The notes: generated by a model not told the origin, from the sequence alone. A stretch of 62,568 bases of DNA, filler included, from Piptocephalis cylindrospora (GCA_003614145.1; 14 parts of 14 records of this genome joined end to end with filler, not necessarily neighbours in it); one strand, 5' to 3'; shown: positions 22,653 through 36,042, numbered from the whole stretch's first letter. Numbers and translations are program-made.

Positions 22653-23915
22653 GGACCAAGGTATATCGGAGTGAGATGAGAGGGAGAGATCGCCCTGATG
22701 GGCTCGATGGAGCGTATTGAGAGAAAGAATGAGACTGTGCGTGATGAGAAGTGCAATGTGAGAGACGTACAGTGGGGATGGACTGATACTATGTGTCCTA
22801 TAGGCTATTGGAGAGTATATTCATTCATTTTTTGGCCAAATTAGCGATTCATTTTCATGGGTGATGGTATGTACTGTTTGTCCGGGGAGGTGGTTATAGT
22901 GAGCCGTGCTAAGGCTCCCATCCATGATACTTCTTCCCTTGCATCTTCCAAAGGTAGCTCATTATCCGCATACTCTAGAGGCTCCCTCTAGTCCTTTTTT
23001 AAATCCTTTAGAAGCACTTGCGCTTCATCCCATCATGCTACCCCCGACTCGGATGGAAATGCGAAGCCCTGTCTCTTCCCGACTGACGATGGTCCTGATC
23101 CAGTTTCCCGTTTGTCCTACCTCCACATAAAGACCATAATGAGAGGTATGATGGCACAGACATGCGATGCAAGGTATGAGAATCCATTGTGATCCTTTCT
23201 TCCCTCCCTCCCTCCCTCTCTTCCTTATCTACCAATTCGTTCGTGATTTCCTGTCCCACCCGAGCTTGGGCGATTGTTGGTCCATTCCCTTGTTCTACAA
23301 GGCTACACCGCCCACCCCATCTTGCACTACATCCTCCTCTCTTCGGAGGGGGCTGAGTAGGAAGAAGAGAAGGGGATGATGCAGCTCACTCAGGGATACA
23401 TAGGCACTCCGCTCACGGACAAAGGGGAGGAAGACGGACGCACATGTGTACTTCTCAACCGACATCCCCCCTTAGCCACCATCCTTCACCCTTAGATCCC
23501 TATAGCCCTTATCGTATATCTCTCCATGGCGCGATGAGGCCTCATCCTCATCCTCACCTGGGCTCATTGACGTGGTCTACGCGGCGAAGAGCTCCATCAC
23601 CTCTTCCACACTATGGCAACTTCCCGCTCTAGTCCAAAAGGACCTGCCCACCAATCACCTTCACCCCATTTTACTCCGCCACGCACCTACTCCGACAGGT
23701 ATAAAAAGACGGGATGGCAGCCGCACCTTTTCACAGTCAGCCCTCTCTCTCTCCCTCTCATTTTTCTCTCTCGTCCTCCCCTCTCTTCCACTTTTTCCTC
23801 TCTCGTCTTTTATCGCACTTTTTGCGCATATTGTCTTCTCAGACACACATTCTCCACAGCCTCCTCCCCCCCCCTCGGATACTTTCCTTATCCTCTTCCC
23901 CTTATACTCATCGTC

Positions 23916-24410
23916 ATGTCCACCTTTACCGCCAGGCATTTCGTCGGAAAGCCCAAGCGGGATAGCAAAGGGCGCTTCCTGCCCCCACAATTCCAAAGCG
24001 TAAATCCAATGACCAAACTTCGATCCTGCACTATGTGCAACGAGGAGCACCGACCCATCTGGTCGGCTCTGTACCCAAAGTTGCGCGATTACGACAGCAC
24101 CGAGTACCCTGGGTTCTACAATGGGCAGCTCCGGTTGTCCGAGGGCATTGACCCGGAGGACTCTAGCGAAGATGACCAAGGGACCGATGAGGATTATGAT
24201 GATTACAGGGAGAGGAGGAAGCGTATGCCCCCCCGAAAGAAGCGCAACCTTCTCCGGCAAAAGCCTCTCCTCTATCCCTGGGCCTCCTTTAATCCCGCCT
24301 TTAAGGGACTGATCACCCCGCTGGCCCTGAATGACAAGCCACCCCTTCGTGTCCAACGGCTCAAGGAGTATGAAACCAGGGAGAAGGCTAGGGTAAGTTG
24401 ATGCTACGTG

Positions 24411-24441
<31 letters not shown>

Positions 24442-25639
24442 ACACACTGTCCCCACAACCTCTCATGTCTTCCTCCAGCGAGAAGCCATTAAGAACCACA
24501 ACAAGGATGGCTATTACACTGGGAAGCCTGGAGGGCCCCCTCCCCTCACCCCTGCCTATTGGGCATTGAATCCGTACAGGTCACCCCTTGACTCGGGTGT
24601 CGAGGGCATGGAGTACCTCCCGGGGGATACCATTCCTGTCCGTCCGACGCGTACTGAGGAGGAGGTCGAGGCCCTCGTAGAGGCCGTTGGGAAGAGGGAG
24701 GCGAGGAAGATCCGCCTCAGCAATAGGGCCATCCTCAAGACTGAGAAGAAGGAGGAGAGGAGGAAGAGAAAGAAGATGAGTATGTGGAGGGAGGCAAAAG
24801 AAGAGGAGGCAGATGGGGAGAGTGTGCCAATGAAGAAGGTCAAGGTCCAAGAGGGAAAGGACAACAGGGGGCATGTCAACAATGATACTGACCTCGTCAA
24901 CGCTGATGGCGAGGACCCTCAGGAGGAGTGCAGTCTCGGAAGCGTCCTCGTTGAAGTGGACGACGAGGAACATCCGGGTGAATGTAGTCTCGAGAGCGTC
25001 TTCGTCGCGACGAGCCCAGTGGAGCAGAAGGAGGAGGATCAAGACAAGCACCAGAGGGTTGTCGGAGAGGCGGACAAGGAGACCGATGCGGACGCTGAGG
25101 ACTCTGAATCCGATGAGGAAGAGAATAGTGATACGGAAAGTGACAAGGAGCTCGACGCTGCCGATGCCGACTCTGACCTGGACTTTGAGGAGGAGAACGC
25201 CTACTACTGTATGAGCCGAAAGGAGCGCAAAAAGGTCCTTCCTCCCGCCATTGCCAAGATCCTCAGCATGCCCAAGCGCCGCGTCGTGGTGGATGATCCC
25301 GAGGATATCTTTATGAGGGATCTGGACAGGATGGTCAACCGGGAGAAGGCCCGGCAAAAGAAGTACAATGACGCCAAGAGGGCTGAGCGGGAGAAGACAC
25401 AGACGCCCGAACAGCTGATGGATGAAAATGCGATGATTCGAATGCAAAGCCAAAAAAAGAGGGCCAAGGCCTGGGCCGAGGCAAAGAGGGATAAGAAGAG
25501 GCTGAGGGAGCAGGAGATCAGGTGTGTCAGGGAGACCTTTCGGAAGCGACCCTCCCTCATCGGGAGGTGTTCACTGCCGCCGCAGATCACCCTTGCGGAT
25601 GTAACAGGTGAGATTGACATGAGCCTCGTCGATGACTGA
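23916..25639 (+). CDS. Hypothetical charged, probably nuclear protein (exons 23916-24392, 24479-25639; about 545 aa)
   Basis: Phase-0 GTAAGT...CAG intron containing (GT)n joins two long ORFs; basic NLS-like clusters and acidic tracts. Confidence 0.75.
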
Positions 25640-26984
25640 TTGGATCGAGTCTGGGGATGATGCTCCTTCTTTTACTGAGGGAGAGGGGTGTATGCAGTGT
25701 GTTGAAATACAATGACCATCTGCTCTACTGCTGTTGCTGTTGTTGTTTGTATCATCCTATCTCTTGACAAACAAGGGGCTGAGGAACTTGGGGGAGGAGG
25801 GATGATGACCCATTGCCACGGGGCTCGTCCGGTCGATCCCTCCTCCCCCTCTTACCTTGATCTCTTCTCCCTCCTCCCCTACTGACTGGCGAGAGGATGA
25901 ATCGCATTGCATTTCTAATAGATGAATAGGGTATAAAAAGTAAAAAGAATGTGCATATGGCCTGAGCACGTCAAGTCGTAGATAGGCCTTTTTAGCGAGG
26001 AGGTGTGGGGAAGAGAGGAGACCAGGTAAGAAATACCCTTTACTCCTCTCTCCCTTCACACCCCCCCCACACAGCCATCGGGTCCAGTCGTTCTAAAACC
26101 ATACCTCCCCCTAGATAGAGAGCTACTTTAGTGGACCGTCATCTCGCCGCCATGCTGGGTGCATCGGCGGTAAACTGTCATTGGTCCTCATTATTTACAA
26201 AGGTAAGGACCCGTAGTACGAATGGCGGAGAGGTAGACTTTCTCTCCGGGGTACATGATTAGAGAGGGGGATCGGATGGTGAATTGTGGGATAGTCCAAG
26301 TGGGGATGGGGCAGTGGGAGAGTCTTTCAGTCAGGATGTCCCGTTGCTGTGTTCACGGGCGTGGATAGGGCGATCAAGTAGGGATGGCCCATCCTTTCTT
26401 TGCGATAGATAGGAGGTGAGGATGTGTCACTCGGCCGCATCCGCATCCACATTCAGTTGAGAGTGTCTCCACGAAAGGAGCTGCCTTCAACCATCTGACT
26501 CGACCCTTTCCTTCATGTGCACATTTAGACGGAGAATACATGCACACATAAGCAGCTAAGGAGGTTTCGGGATGGCGTGTCGTATCTCTGCAGCTCTTAA
26601 TAAACCCAGATGCTCTTCCCATGACTCCATCATGGCTGGAGAGTATCCTCCAGCCATGTTGGCATCGAACAGGAAGATGCATCTTGGGACGGTCTAGACT
26701 GTCAGTATCTCTTCATAGCCCCTTGTCAGACCATCGGACCGAGAGGGATGGTCATGTGAAAGGTCATTTTACCCTGGTGCACATCCCCCTCCTGACTAGC
26801 AGCGGGATGTAAGAGACTCCCGTCATTTTCCCTTCTTCACGCCCTCCCCGTAAGACAAGAAATACAAGATGTCTGTAGATGGATCACACGTCCTGACCCC
26901 GCGCCTTTTCTCTCCATCCCCCGCCATCACCTCCTATGAGGAAGGAAAAGGAAGGGTTGAGGCATCCTATTTTCTATCTGTGCA

Positions 26985-27084
26985 NNNNNNNNNNNNNNNN
27001 NNNNNNNNNNNNNNNNNNNNNNNNNNNNTTAATTAATTAANNNNNNNNNNNNNNNNNNNNNNNNNNNNNNNNNNNNNNNNNNNN
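26985..27084. other. Artificial contig linker
   Basis: N44-TTAATTAATTAA-N44. Confidence 0.97.
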
Positions 27085-29006
27085 ATCTCAAAATGATTCA
27101 GAAACTTTCCTCACAATATCGTCGCTTCCTCCATGGACCCCCTATTCCGTGTTGTGTTTCGCAAGAATATCTAATAATACTTTATTATACTGATTGAGTT
27201 AGGTAGGGTGTACTATGGCCGCAGATACAGATCGACCAGGGGAAATGGAAATGAAAGTATGAGGTGTGCACACAAGGCGATCTGCTTTACTATTTTGGTG
27301 AATACAACGATGCTCTTAACAAGCATTACTCTCTGTCAGATACTAGAAATATGATTCATGTCAACAGAATGTACCCATCCCCTCAACATGATGGGATTGA
27401 CGTGGTATCTCGATTCAAAACGGGGATTATATAAAAGGTTCAAGATTGCCTAATGCTAGTAGGACTGTATCCTCTATCATCTTGGGATATAGACTGCATA
27501 TGCAAGTGTTCTGTCTACACGAAATTCTTATCGATAATGGTCGCATCTGAACGTTCATCTCAGCAGGGAATGGTGAATGACAAAGGTGTTCAGCAGATCT
27601 TGACCCCCTGGTGAAGATCAAAAATGCCATTACAACACGGTGCAGTGGGTTTTCAATGGCTAGGAAATGAATCAATTCAAATCATCTATTGCTCTTTTAC
27701 AGTCCACTTACCTCTTGAATCTAGTCTGCCCTACTAAGGGATAGTAAAGCAGCTTTGTCCTCGCTAAAATTTCTTTGGTCGTCTCAAGTACACCTTGTCA
27801 GTCGCGTCACCCGGGCTGCAAATACAGTAGGGACGAGTCAATGATCGACGATTTGTCATGTTGGATGATTGTAAACAGTGCTTTGTCATGTTGAATGGGC
27901 ATTGCTAGACCATAAAAGTGTCATTGTCAACGAAATACCCCTCCTGTTTTTGATGATCTGATGATGGAATATTTGTGCGCCTTGTGCCATCCAACCAGCG
28001 TCCACATTCCACCTCGGAAAAAGTACTTCCGACACGATGATCTATAAAAGAGTCAGTATGTGTCACAAGATGAGCGTAGGGGTGGGTGTTGTCATGTAGC
28101 ATCTTGTTCTGTGATGATGACAAGCTAAAGTCTACTGAATTCTGACAAAACCAGGTCAGGTTTTTAAAGGGAATATCCTCTTGAATGCAGTACTCCTTTG
28201 AGGAGGCATGTAGTATACCCCGGTATGATTATGTAGAATGAGAGGGTGGCAGTAGCTACCACTATGCGTCTCCATTGCTTTGCAACTGCCCTGCTCATAA
28301 AGCATCCTGTTGTCAATCCACATCCACACAAAAATTTCATGGATAGGGAACAGGGCCTACGAACTGCACACACACGGACGACACACAGATGCACATTCTC
28401 AGACCAAAGGGCCTTATGTGTAGTGGTGGCAGAGGGGAGGACACGTTTAGGTAAAGACCATATGAATCATCATTTCTCACCAGTGTGGGAGAGGATAGGG
28501 ATATGCCCACGTCGTCCCCAGTAGTGTGGCAGTAGCGATTGTGTCAGCAACTATGGGCTTGTGGGCGGTGGTGACATCGGAAAAAAGCAACCTTGACTGA
28601 GAGGCCAGTGCCGATGGAGTGCCCATGGAAACGCCGAGTAACGGGGCCGGGAGGACTGATGACTGGACGGCACGCCCCTCCCTGGGAGATGGGAGAGGGT
28701 ACAGCAGGTCTACAGTGGTGATATAGACAGGCACATCCGTTTCCAGTACTGTGTGTCTCGGACAGGATAAAAACGGACGAGATCATCCGAGAAATTCTCG
28801 CCCTTTCCAGATGAAGCGCCATCACTTTTGTTCCCCTCCACCTTAACTTGTTTGTTCGTATCTCACTTGACTTGTCCGGAAACCCACCTACTTACCCCCG
28901 ACAGCCTGGTCTCAGCGAATAGTCATTCCATTATCCACTTGACGCTTTGCATTGACTACACCACCACCATTGATCGATTAGCACGCTGCTCTGCCCACCC
29001 TCAAAA

Positions 29007-30056
29007 ATGCCCGTTACCATGAAACCCACCTCTTTCCAGGCCCCACTCCTCGGAGACTCCAGCTCCCTTCCGGATGGAAGACTGGAAGGCGGGTCCAAGG
29101 AGGAGGGGACCGCCACTCCATATCTCTTCCACTGTCCTTCCCCACCGGCTCTCGCGTCCCCGCCTCCGCTTTCCCTGACGGCAAAAGAGGATGAGGCCCT
29201 TCAGATGCTCAAGAATGCTATCCCCGAGTTACTGGCTCCCAGCAAGGGAGGCGAGCAGGAGGCCAGGGAGAGGGCGTGGCTGAGTAAGGAGTGTCTCCTA
29301 CGATACTTACGGGCCCATCGATGGAGCGTATCCTCCGCCAAGAAGGGACTGGCTGAGACGTTGGAGTGGAGGCGGATCTACCGACCGGATATGATCCCTT
29401 CTGAAGAGGTGAGGGTGGAGGGGGAGACGGGAAAGACGTTTCCTTCGGGTTTTGATCGGGTGGGTCGACCCATCATCTACATGCGACCCCGGCTAGAGAA
29501 CACCAAGGCATCCGATCGACAGCTTCGGTACGTGGTCTTTATCCTGGAACGAGCCCTAGCCATGATGTCTCCCGGGGTGGAGACGGTGACTCTAGTCATC
29601 GATTACAAGGGCGCGTCTATGCGGCAGTCTCCTGGTCTCGCCACCTGCAAGTCCTTCCTCCATATCCTCTCCCATCATTATCCCGAACGACTGGGCAAGG
29701 CCTTTGTCGTGGACGGGCCTTGGTACTTCTTCACCCTCTTCCGCATGCTTAACCCCTTCATGGACCCCGTGACGCGGGAGAAGGTGTGGTTTGTTGATTT
29801 GGAACGGCAAAAGAACATGTCATTGGAAGAGAATGCCTCGTCTGAAGGGTCCTCCTCCTCCTCCTCGGCATCCTCACCAGGAGACAATAACAAGTACACC
29901 AGCCTCCTCTATCATATTGATCCTGTGATGCTGGATGAGGTGATGGGGGGGAAGATCCACATGCCTTTTGATCACGGTCCGTATTGGACTCAGCTTTTAC
30001 AAGAGACTGGTGGTCCCACCCAAGCCTCTCCTTCCTGGGAGGCCCATGTTGACTAA
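29007..30056 (+). CDS. CRAL-TRIO/Sec14 lipid-transfer protein (Pdr16/Pdr17-like)
   Basis: CLLRYLRAHRW, TLEWRR.YRP, ETGK...GFDRVGRPIIYMRP, HYPERLG and PFMDPVTREKV. Confidence 0.92.
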   Translation: MPVTMKPTSFQAPLLGDSSSLPDGRLEGGSKEEGTATPYLFHCPSPPALASPPPLSLTAKEDEALQMLKNAIPELLAPSKGGEQEARERAWLSKECLLRYLRAHRWSVSSAKKGLAETLEWRRIYRPDMIPSEEVRVEGETGKTFPSGFDRVGRPIIYMRPRLENTKASDRQLRYVVFILERALAMMSPGVETVTLVIDYKGASMRQSPGLATCKSFLHILSHHYPERLGKAFVVDGPWYFFTLFRMLNPFMDPVTREKVWFVDLERQKNMSLEENASSEGSSSSSSASSPGDNNKYTSLLYHIDPVMLDEVMGGKIHMPFDHGPYWTQLLQETGGPTQASPSWEAHVD

Positions 30057-31037
30057 GGGATATGGTAGAGTGATCTTGTAAGTGGGAGGAAAGGAAGAGT
30101 CGGCTAGATGCACCCTCCTTTCTTTGTTTATTTTGTCGCGCGTGCGTCTCTTGCTTCTCCATTGAATGAATGGATTTTTTGTGATTATTGATCGATTGCG
30201 CGGACTTGCTTTGGGGGAGAGTAAGGGGCATTCTCACTACATCAAGCAGTATTTCAGTGGGGAATTGCATCACGCACCCAGTTATCATAGCATCAGCTCA
30301 GGAAACAGCACGCAACACTTATGCGGTAGGGGAGGAGGGTAGTGAGATGGCAGCCCTTGGATTTGTATCAGACGTGAAGTGGTAATAATAGTGGGGGGTT
30401 GTGGCTGAAAGGAGTAATGTATTGTCAAAAAAGTCGCACATCACCGTTCGATCAATAACAAGGCTCACACGACATCCTCCTCTGCTTCATTTAACTTTTG
30501 GGGAACTAGCTATCCAGAATCGGGCACCATTCGGTTCCTTCTCGCCTCCTCCCTTCTTGTACGGTGCCTTCCCGAGAGCTCTTTCCTGATCAGGTGCCCA
30601 TGAAGTCAATGAAATCTGATATCGTATCCCATTGCTATTGGAAGAAAGGCCATGTTGATCCTTGGACGCCCTCGTGATAAAACAGGAAGCATGCAGACAA
30701 TGATAGACAGAGCGGGCTTGCAGATCATTATCTCTTTCAAAGGGATCTTCTATCGCGGGGCAGAACCCTTTATCAACTGTCAAACCCTTAAATTATCCAG
30801 CATATGATCAACCACGACAGAGGGAGAAGAGGCATTTTTCCTTGCACTGACTAGTATTTAAGTCTGGGAGACATTACTCCATGGTATGTGTCTTTAAATC
30901 ATCCCGTCATCCTCTTTCCCACTCTTTTTCTTTCTCTTTCAACGTCCCTTCTTTTCCTTCATGAATAGTGCTCTTCGTTTCCCCAAGCCCTCTTTCCGTG
31001 CCTTGTTCAAGCCCAAATTCAATATAAAATCTCCCAA

Positions 31038-31466
31038 ATGGTCCAAACACATATCTATCCTAGAGTAGCTTCCCCCAGAGATCATTGAGCTGATCCCCAT
31101 TGATTTTTTCATTAAAGGCTTGTGGTCCCTGGCCGAAATGTCCAGGAACATGCTTCGCATCACGAGGGGTATACTAGGATACAGAAGTACCCCATCTCGC
31201 TTTTTTCTGGGATGTCGAGAGACTTGAGCAGTGGTATCAATGGATAAAAGAGTCACATGCCATCCCCCGTTCCATCCCTTTGCGCAGTGTCGAGGTCGAT
31301 ATCATCTTCATGGCTATTAAGGATATTGACAGTAAATTCCCCATTCCCCAATTTCCCAAAGACCTTTGACGGCTGAGCTTCAAATGTGAGAATTGGACCA
31401 TATCCACCTTCTTGTTGAAAAATTTATTGTCTCATGGGGAAAATGCACCCAAAAGACTACACGATT
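31038..31466 (+). pseudogene. Degenerate F-box protein gene
   Basis: SILE*LPPEIIELI.IDF..KGLWSLAEMSRNMLRI F-box-like motif with in-frame TAG at 31066; nearest ATG (31038) is out of frame. Confidence 0.5.
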
Positions 31467-31566
31467 NNNNNNNNNNNNNNNNNNNNNNNNNNNNNNNNNN
31501 NNNNNNNNNNTTAATTAATTAANNNNNNNNNNNNNNNNNNNNNNNNNNNNNNNNNNNNNNNNNNNN
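31467..31566. other. Artificial contig linker
   Basis: N44-TTAATTAATTAA-N44. Confidence 0.97.
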
Positions 31567-31918
31567 TGTCCCCCTCCTCCCCTTCCCTTCCCCACTTGCT
31601 CAAGCGAGGCTGAGGCTTGGGACTAGGGTGGGCGAGTGGGTGGGGGTTGAGGGGTTTTAGTAGGGATGATGGAGACACTAGGGGGTGTAAGATCAGTGAA
31701 ATCTTGGGTGTAGTACGCACGTACAGTATGAGAGACAGACAGAAGCAGTGTGGAGGAGGAGGAAAAGGGGAGGAGGGAAAAGAGACGGGAGGCGTCATTG
31801 GCCACCATCCGCCTCGCTGATGCTGACGTGAAGGGGAGAAGGGACAGACAGAGAAAGAGAAAGAGAGAGCAGCAAGTGCGTGTGGGAGATTACGACCGGG
31901 AGGGTTCCGTAGGCCCTC

Positions 31919-32387
31919 CCAGCTCCTCCACATGATCCCTCCAGATCAGGATGCCCTCGAAGTGAAATCCGGATGGGGCGAGAAGAGAATCCAGGATCCA
32001 AGCTCTTTTGTCAAGGAGGAGGAGAAAGACACAAAAGAGGACCATGGAGAGATGAGACAGTGCAGAAAGTGCAAGACCTATCTCTTCCTCTCGGCCTTGG
32101 TATGTCGAGGCTGTGATCAAGCCGTGTGTCTCGAATGTGGGATGGATGCGGAGGGTCCGATGATGCCGGTGAAGCGGGAGGCTTCCCAAGACCGAGATGA
32201 ATCTGGCGTCATGGGAAGGTCCAAGGCTGGCCATGAGGAGAAGAGGGATGGGGTTGGGACCTGGTGTGGGGGGTGTGGGCAGTGGCCTATTCTTGCCGTG
32301 CGCCATGGAGAGGACGAGCTTTCCCGAGTGGCTGAGGAAACCAAGATCCCCCCTCTCAAGTTCAAAATTGAGCCTCTACCAGCCTAA
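31919..32387 (+). CDS. 3' end of the KDM5 demethylase (C5HC2-type zinc finger), displaced upstream of its own 5' part
   Basis: RQCRKCKTYLFLSALVCRGCDQAVCLEC; first 55 nt are identical to 35888-35942. Confidence 0.85.
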
Positions 32388-33350
32388 GTGTCTCCTTTGC
32401 CCCATTAGTAATGGTGTTTGAGGTTGGCTAGCACATGCACTCTTTCTTCATTGCCGTTTAGTATTATTGTCATATCGCTGTTCCAATGTGTTATTCTCCT
32501 TTTTTTAATCTACATGTCTCTTTTGTCCTCGACAACGAGGATGGCTAGGATGGATGTGTGCTTGACGTGAATGTCTATTTCATTTACCGAACAACATGTT
32601 TTTTTCATCTGCATTTCCTCACACACTTGCCTATTTGTTCAACCGTCCAGGCTCCCGCACCCGGGACACTATAAAGTCACACAGATCCATGGAGGAGAGG
32701 CAGGGATGTGTGCGCAATTGACCGGAATTATGTTTATTGGCTGGGCTCACTCGAGTGGTCCAGAGCTGACCTTTTGGAGTATGCCGTTTCTGCTCTACTG
32801 CTATATCGGGCGCGCGGAATGTGGAGAAGACTCGAAGCGCTGCGGCCGCCGCTGCCACCACCGCCATCATGGTCTCATCACTATCCCCGCCACCGACGAT
32901 ACTAATCCCAACTCCCACACACCCTTTTAACCGCGAGTCATGTTCCCCATCCCTGCCATCCATATTGTTTCGCCCGACTTGACACTGACCCCGCTATCCA
33001 TAATAAAGGGGGAAAGGAGAGATATTTCTCCCATCTTTGGATCTTCCCTCCCTCTCTCTTTTTCTCTCTCTCTCACACACCCACACTCACACACATATTA
33101 TTGGGCCTTGGCCCCTCCTCCTCCCTCCCATCTCCCCATCCCCTCTTCCCCGCCACATACTTGGTCACCACCACCACTCATCCACACATGTATTTAAGCC
33201 CCAGTGGCACCGTTAGGGCCTGTCCCCTCGCCCTTCCCCCTTCCTCTATCACACATACACACATTTCTCCCTTTTTCTTCTTCCCTCCCCTCTTCCCTCC
33301 TCGTTCCCTCTTCAGCCTTCCTCCCCTTCTCGCTACCCCCGCCACTCCAT

Positions 33351-35942
33351 ATGCACCGCCATATCCCGGACCGGGGTCCAGACCCTCTCCCAGCCCCAAA
33401 ATATCCTGGCGCCACCGGCTCCTCCGGGTCCACAGCCCAAAATCAATCATCCCATCATGGATTGGATCTTTCGACCGTTCGCACCGTATCTCCCCCAGAA
33501 TCCGAATCCATCAACCAGTCCTCCTCTACCTCCTCTCCCAACCTGTTTGATCTTCCAATGGCTCCGACATTCAGTCCAACACTGGAGGAATGGGCCGATC
33601 CGATGGCGTACATTGAGCGTATTCGACCCGAAGCCCAGGAGGCGGGCATATGTAAGATTATCCCGCCCGAGGGCTGGCGCCCCCCATTTTCCCTGGATAC
33701 AAAGAATTTTCAGTTCAGAACCCGTCTTCAACGTCTCAACTCCCTGGATGCTCGCACCCGAATGGGTCTGCACTACCTGGAGGCCCTAGATGATTTCCAT
33801 ACTGAGCGAGGTACCCCCTTCCGCTACGTCCCCGTTGTCGGAGGTCGTCCCATTGATCTGCATCGGCTCAAGTGCGCTGTTGAGGACCTGGGGGGTTTGG
33901 ACGCGGTCAATCGGGGTAAGCGGTGGATGAGCATTGGGAGGTCTATGGGTCTGGCTGGAAAGACCGTCACTGCCCTCTCCTCCACCCTGAAACGGGCCTA
34001 CATCACCCTAGTCGCCCCCTACGAGGCATATCTGGAGAGACAGGAGCAGCAGAGACCCCGGGCCGAAGCGCTTTATCGGGCCTCCCTGTATCAGAGTGAG
34101 GATGAAGAGGAGGAGGAGGAGAAGGAGAAGGGGGAAGAAATCCAAAGTGGTGTAACCTCCTCCCTCCCCACCCCGATTCACTCTAGTCCAGGGGCTGGGG
34201 AGGGCGAGGAGGAGGAGGAGGAGGAGGAGGAGGAGGAGGAGGACAGGGTTAATGTGAATGGGAAACGTCAGGGTACCATCTCGGATGAGAGTTCAAGTAA
34301 AGCCCATGCCCTTTCCTCCCCTACCGATGACGGGAGGCCCGTGAGGGTCAAGAGGGAGGAGGAAGTCAAAAAGGAAAATATGACTAAAAAGGAGGCTCAT
34401 TCTGTCCAGGATCCTCCTTTTGGCCCAAGGTACGCCACCAGGGGCGCCACCAGGGGCGCCACCAAGGCCAAGCACCTCACCGGTCACCTCGCCTCCACAC
34501 CCGGAACCTTAGGTCCTCCCGCCCATGAGGCCCCTACCACTCCTCGATCGGTCCATCCTTCGATGGGTGGTACCCCCTGGCCCCCCACCCCTCCGTGCGT
34601 CGTGTGTCACGGGAACCTAGAGGAGGACCGGCTCCTCCTGTGCGATGGATGCGATCGACCTCATCACACCTATTGCCTTGATCCACCCTTGAAGCATGTT
34701 CCAAGTGGTCGGTGGTACTGTCCACACTGTCCTCAGCCCGTGAGACGGTCCGGCCATGCCCTTGCCATTGGCGCTGTCGATCCCTCCCCCTCCCCCTCCC
34801 CCTCAGCCTCTCCGTCCCGTAAGCCAAGGAGAGCGGGAGGGCCGGGTGTCTCCAAGGCCGAGGCCCCCCACGATGATTCCGGACAGGAGGATGATCCAGA
34901 GGGGAAGGAGTATGGCTTTGGCGAAGGAGGTCTCTACAACCTGGCTAGCTTCCAGACCAAGGCCAATGCCTTCAAGACCGCCTACTTTGAGGACGGGTGG
35001 GATCCTGTGGCCGCTGCCGGCGCCAATGGGACTCCCTCCGATGGGGGGATCAGCGAGATCATGATGGAGCGTGAATTTTGGCGTCTAGTCGGCTCCCCCT
35101 TTGGGGATGTGGAGGTCGAGTACGGCTCGGATTTGCACTCCTCGGTCCACGGCAGCGGCTTCCCCTCTCCCGGTAGCACCAATGCCCACTTACCCTACGC
35201 CACCGATGGCTGGAACCTCACCGTCTTCCCCACCTTCCCTCCCTCCCTACTCCGGTGGGTGGGTGGGGACATTAGCGGTATGAAGGTGCCCTGGCTTTAC
35301 GTCGGCATGGCCTTTTCCGCCTTTTGCTGGCACAACGAAGACCATTACACCGGCTCTGCCAACTACCTGCACTGGGGCGAGACGAAAACCTGGTATGGTA
35401 TCCCTGGCGCCGATGCCCGTGCCTTTGAGGAGGCCATGCGTGAGGAGGCCCCGGAGCTCTTTCTCCACCAGCCCGACCTTCTCTTCCATCTCGTCACCAT
35501 CATGAGCCCTGAAAGACTTCGGGAAAAGGGAGTCCGCGTCACCACGTGTCACCAACGTCCTGGCCAGATTGTCCTCACCTTCCCTCGCGCCTATCATGCT
35601 GGCTTTAATCATGGTTTTAACTTTGCCGAGGCCGTCAATTTTGCCTCTCCCGACTGGATCCCCCAGGGTCGATCCTGTGTCCGAAGGTACAGGCGCTTTG
35701 GTCGCAATCCCGTCTTCTCTCACGATGAGCTCTTGTGGATTCTGTGGGATCGATGTCGACGTGATGGTCCCGGACTGACCGTGGAGGGGGAGGAAGAGGC
35801 CAGGAGCACGGCTACCAAAGAAACGGAAAAGGAGCATGTGGCTAACCATGTGCATACCATGGTCCAACGGGAGCTTACTCACCGACACCAGCTCCTCCAC
35901 ATGATCCCTCCAGATCAGGATGCCCTCGAAGTGAAATCCGGA
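33351..35942 (+). CDS. KDM5/JARID1-family histone H3K4 demethylase (JmjN-ARID-PHD-JmjC)
   Basis: APTFSPTLEEWADP..GICKIIPP (JmjN); IDLHRLK..GG (ARID); CVVC..LLLCDGCD..HTYCLDPPL..W.CPHC (PHD); FCWHNEDH...AYHAGFNHG (JmjC iron ligands intact). Confidence 0.95.
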
Positions 35943-36042
35943 NNNNNNNNNNNNNNNNNNNNNNNNNNNNNNNNNNNNNNNNNNNNTTAATTAATTAANN
36001 NNNNNNNNNNNNNNNNNNNNNNNNNNNNNNNNNNNNNNNNNN
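35943..36042. other. Artificial contig linker
   Basis: N44-TTAATTAATTAA-N44. Confidence 0.97.

Noticed and set aside
27085..28800. Lower-GC gene-poor stretches (also 5700-6480, 43900-44850, 48200-49290) as transposons
   Set aside because: No transposase/RT motifs or terminal repeats recognisable; may be decayed genes but unsupported
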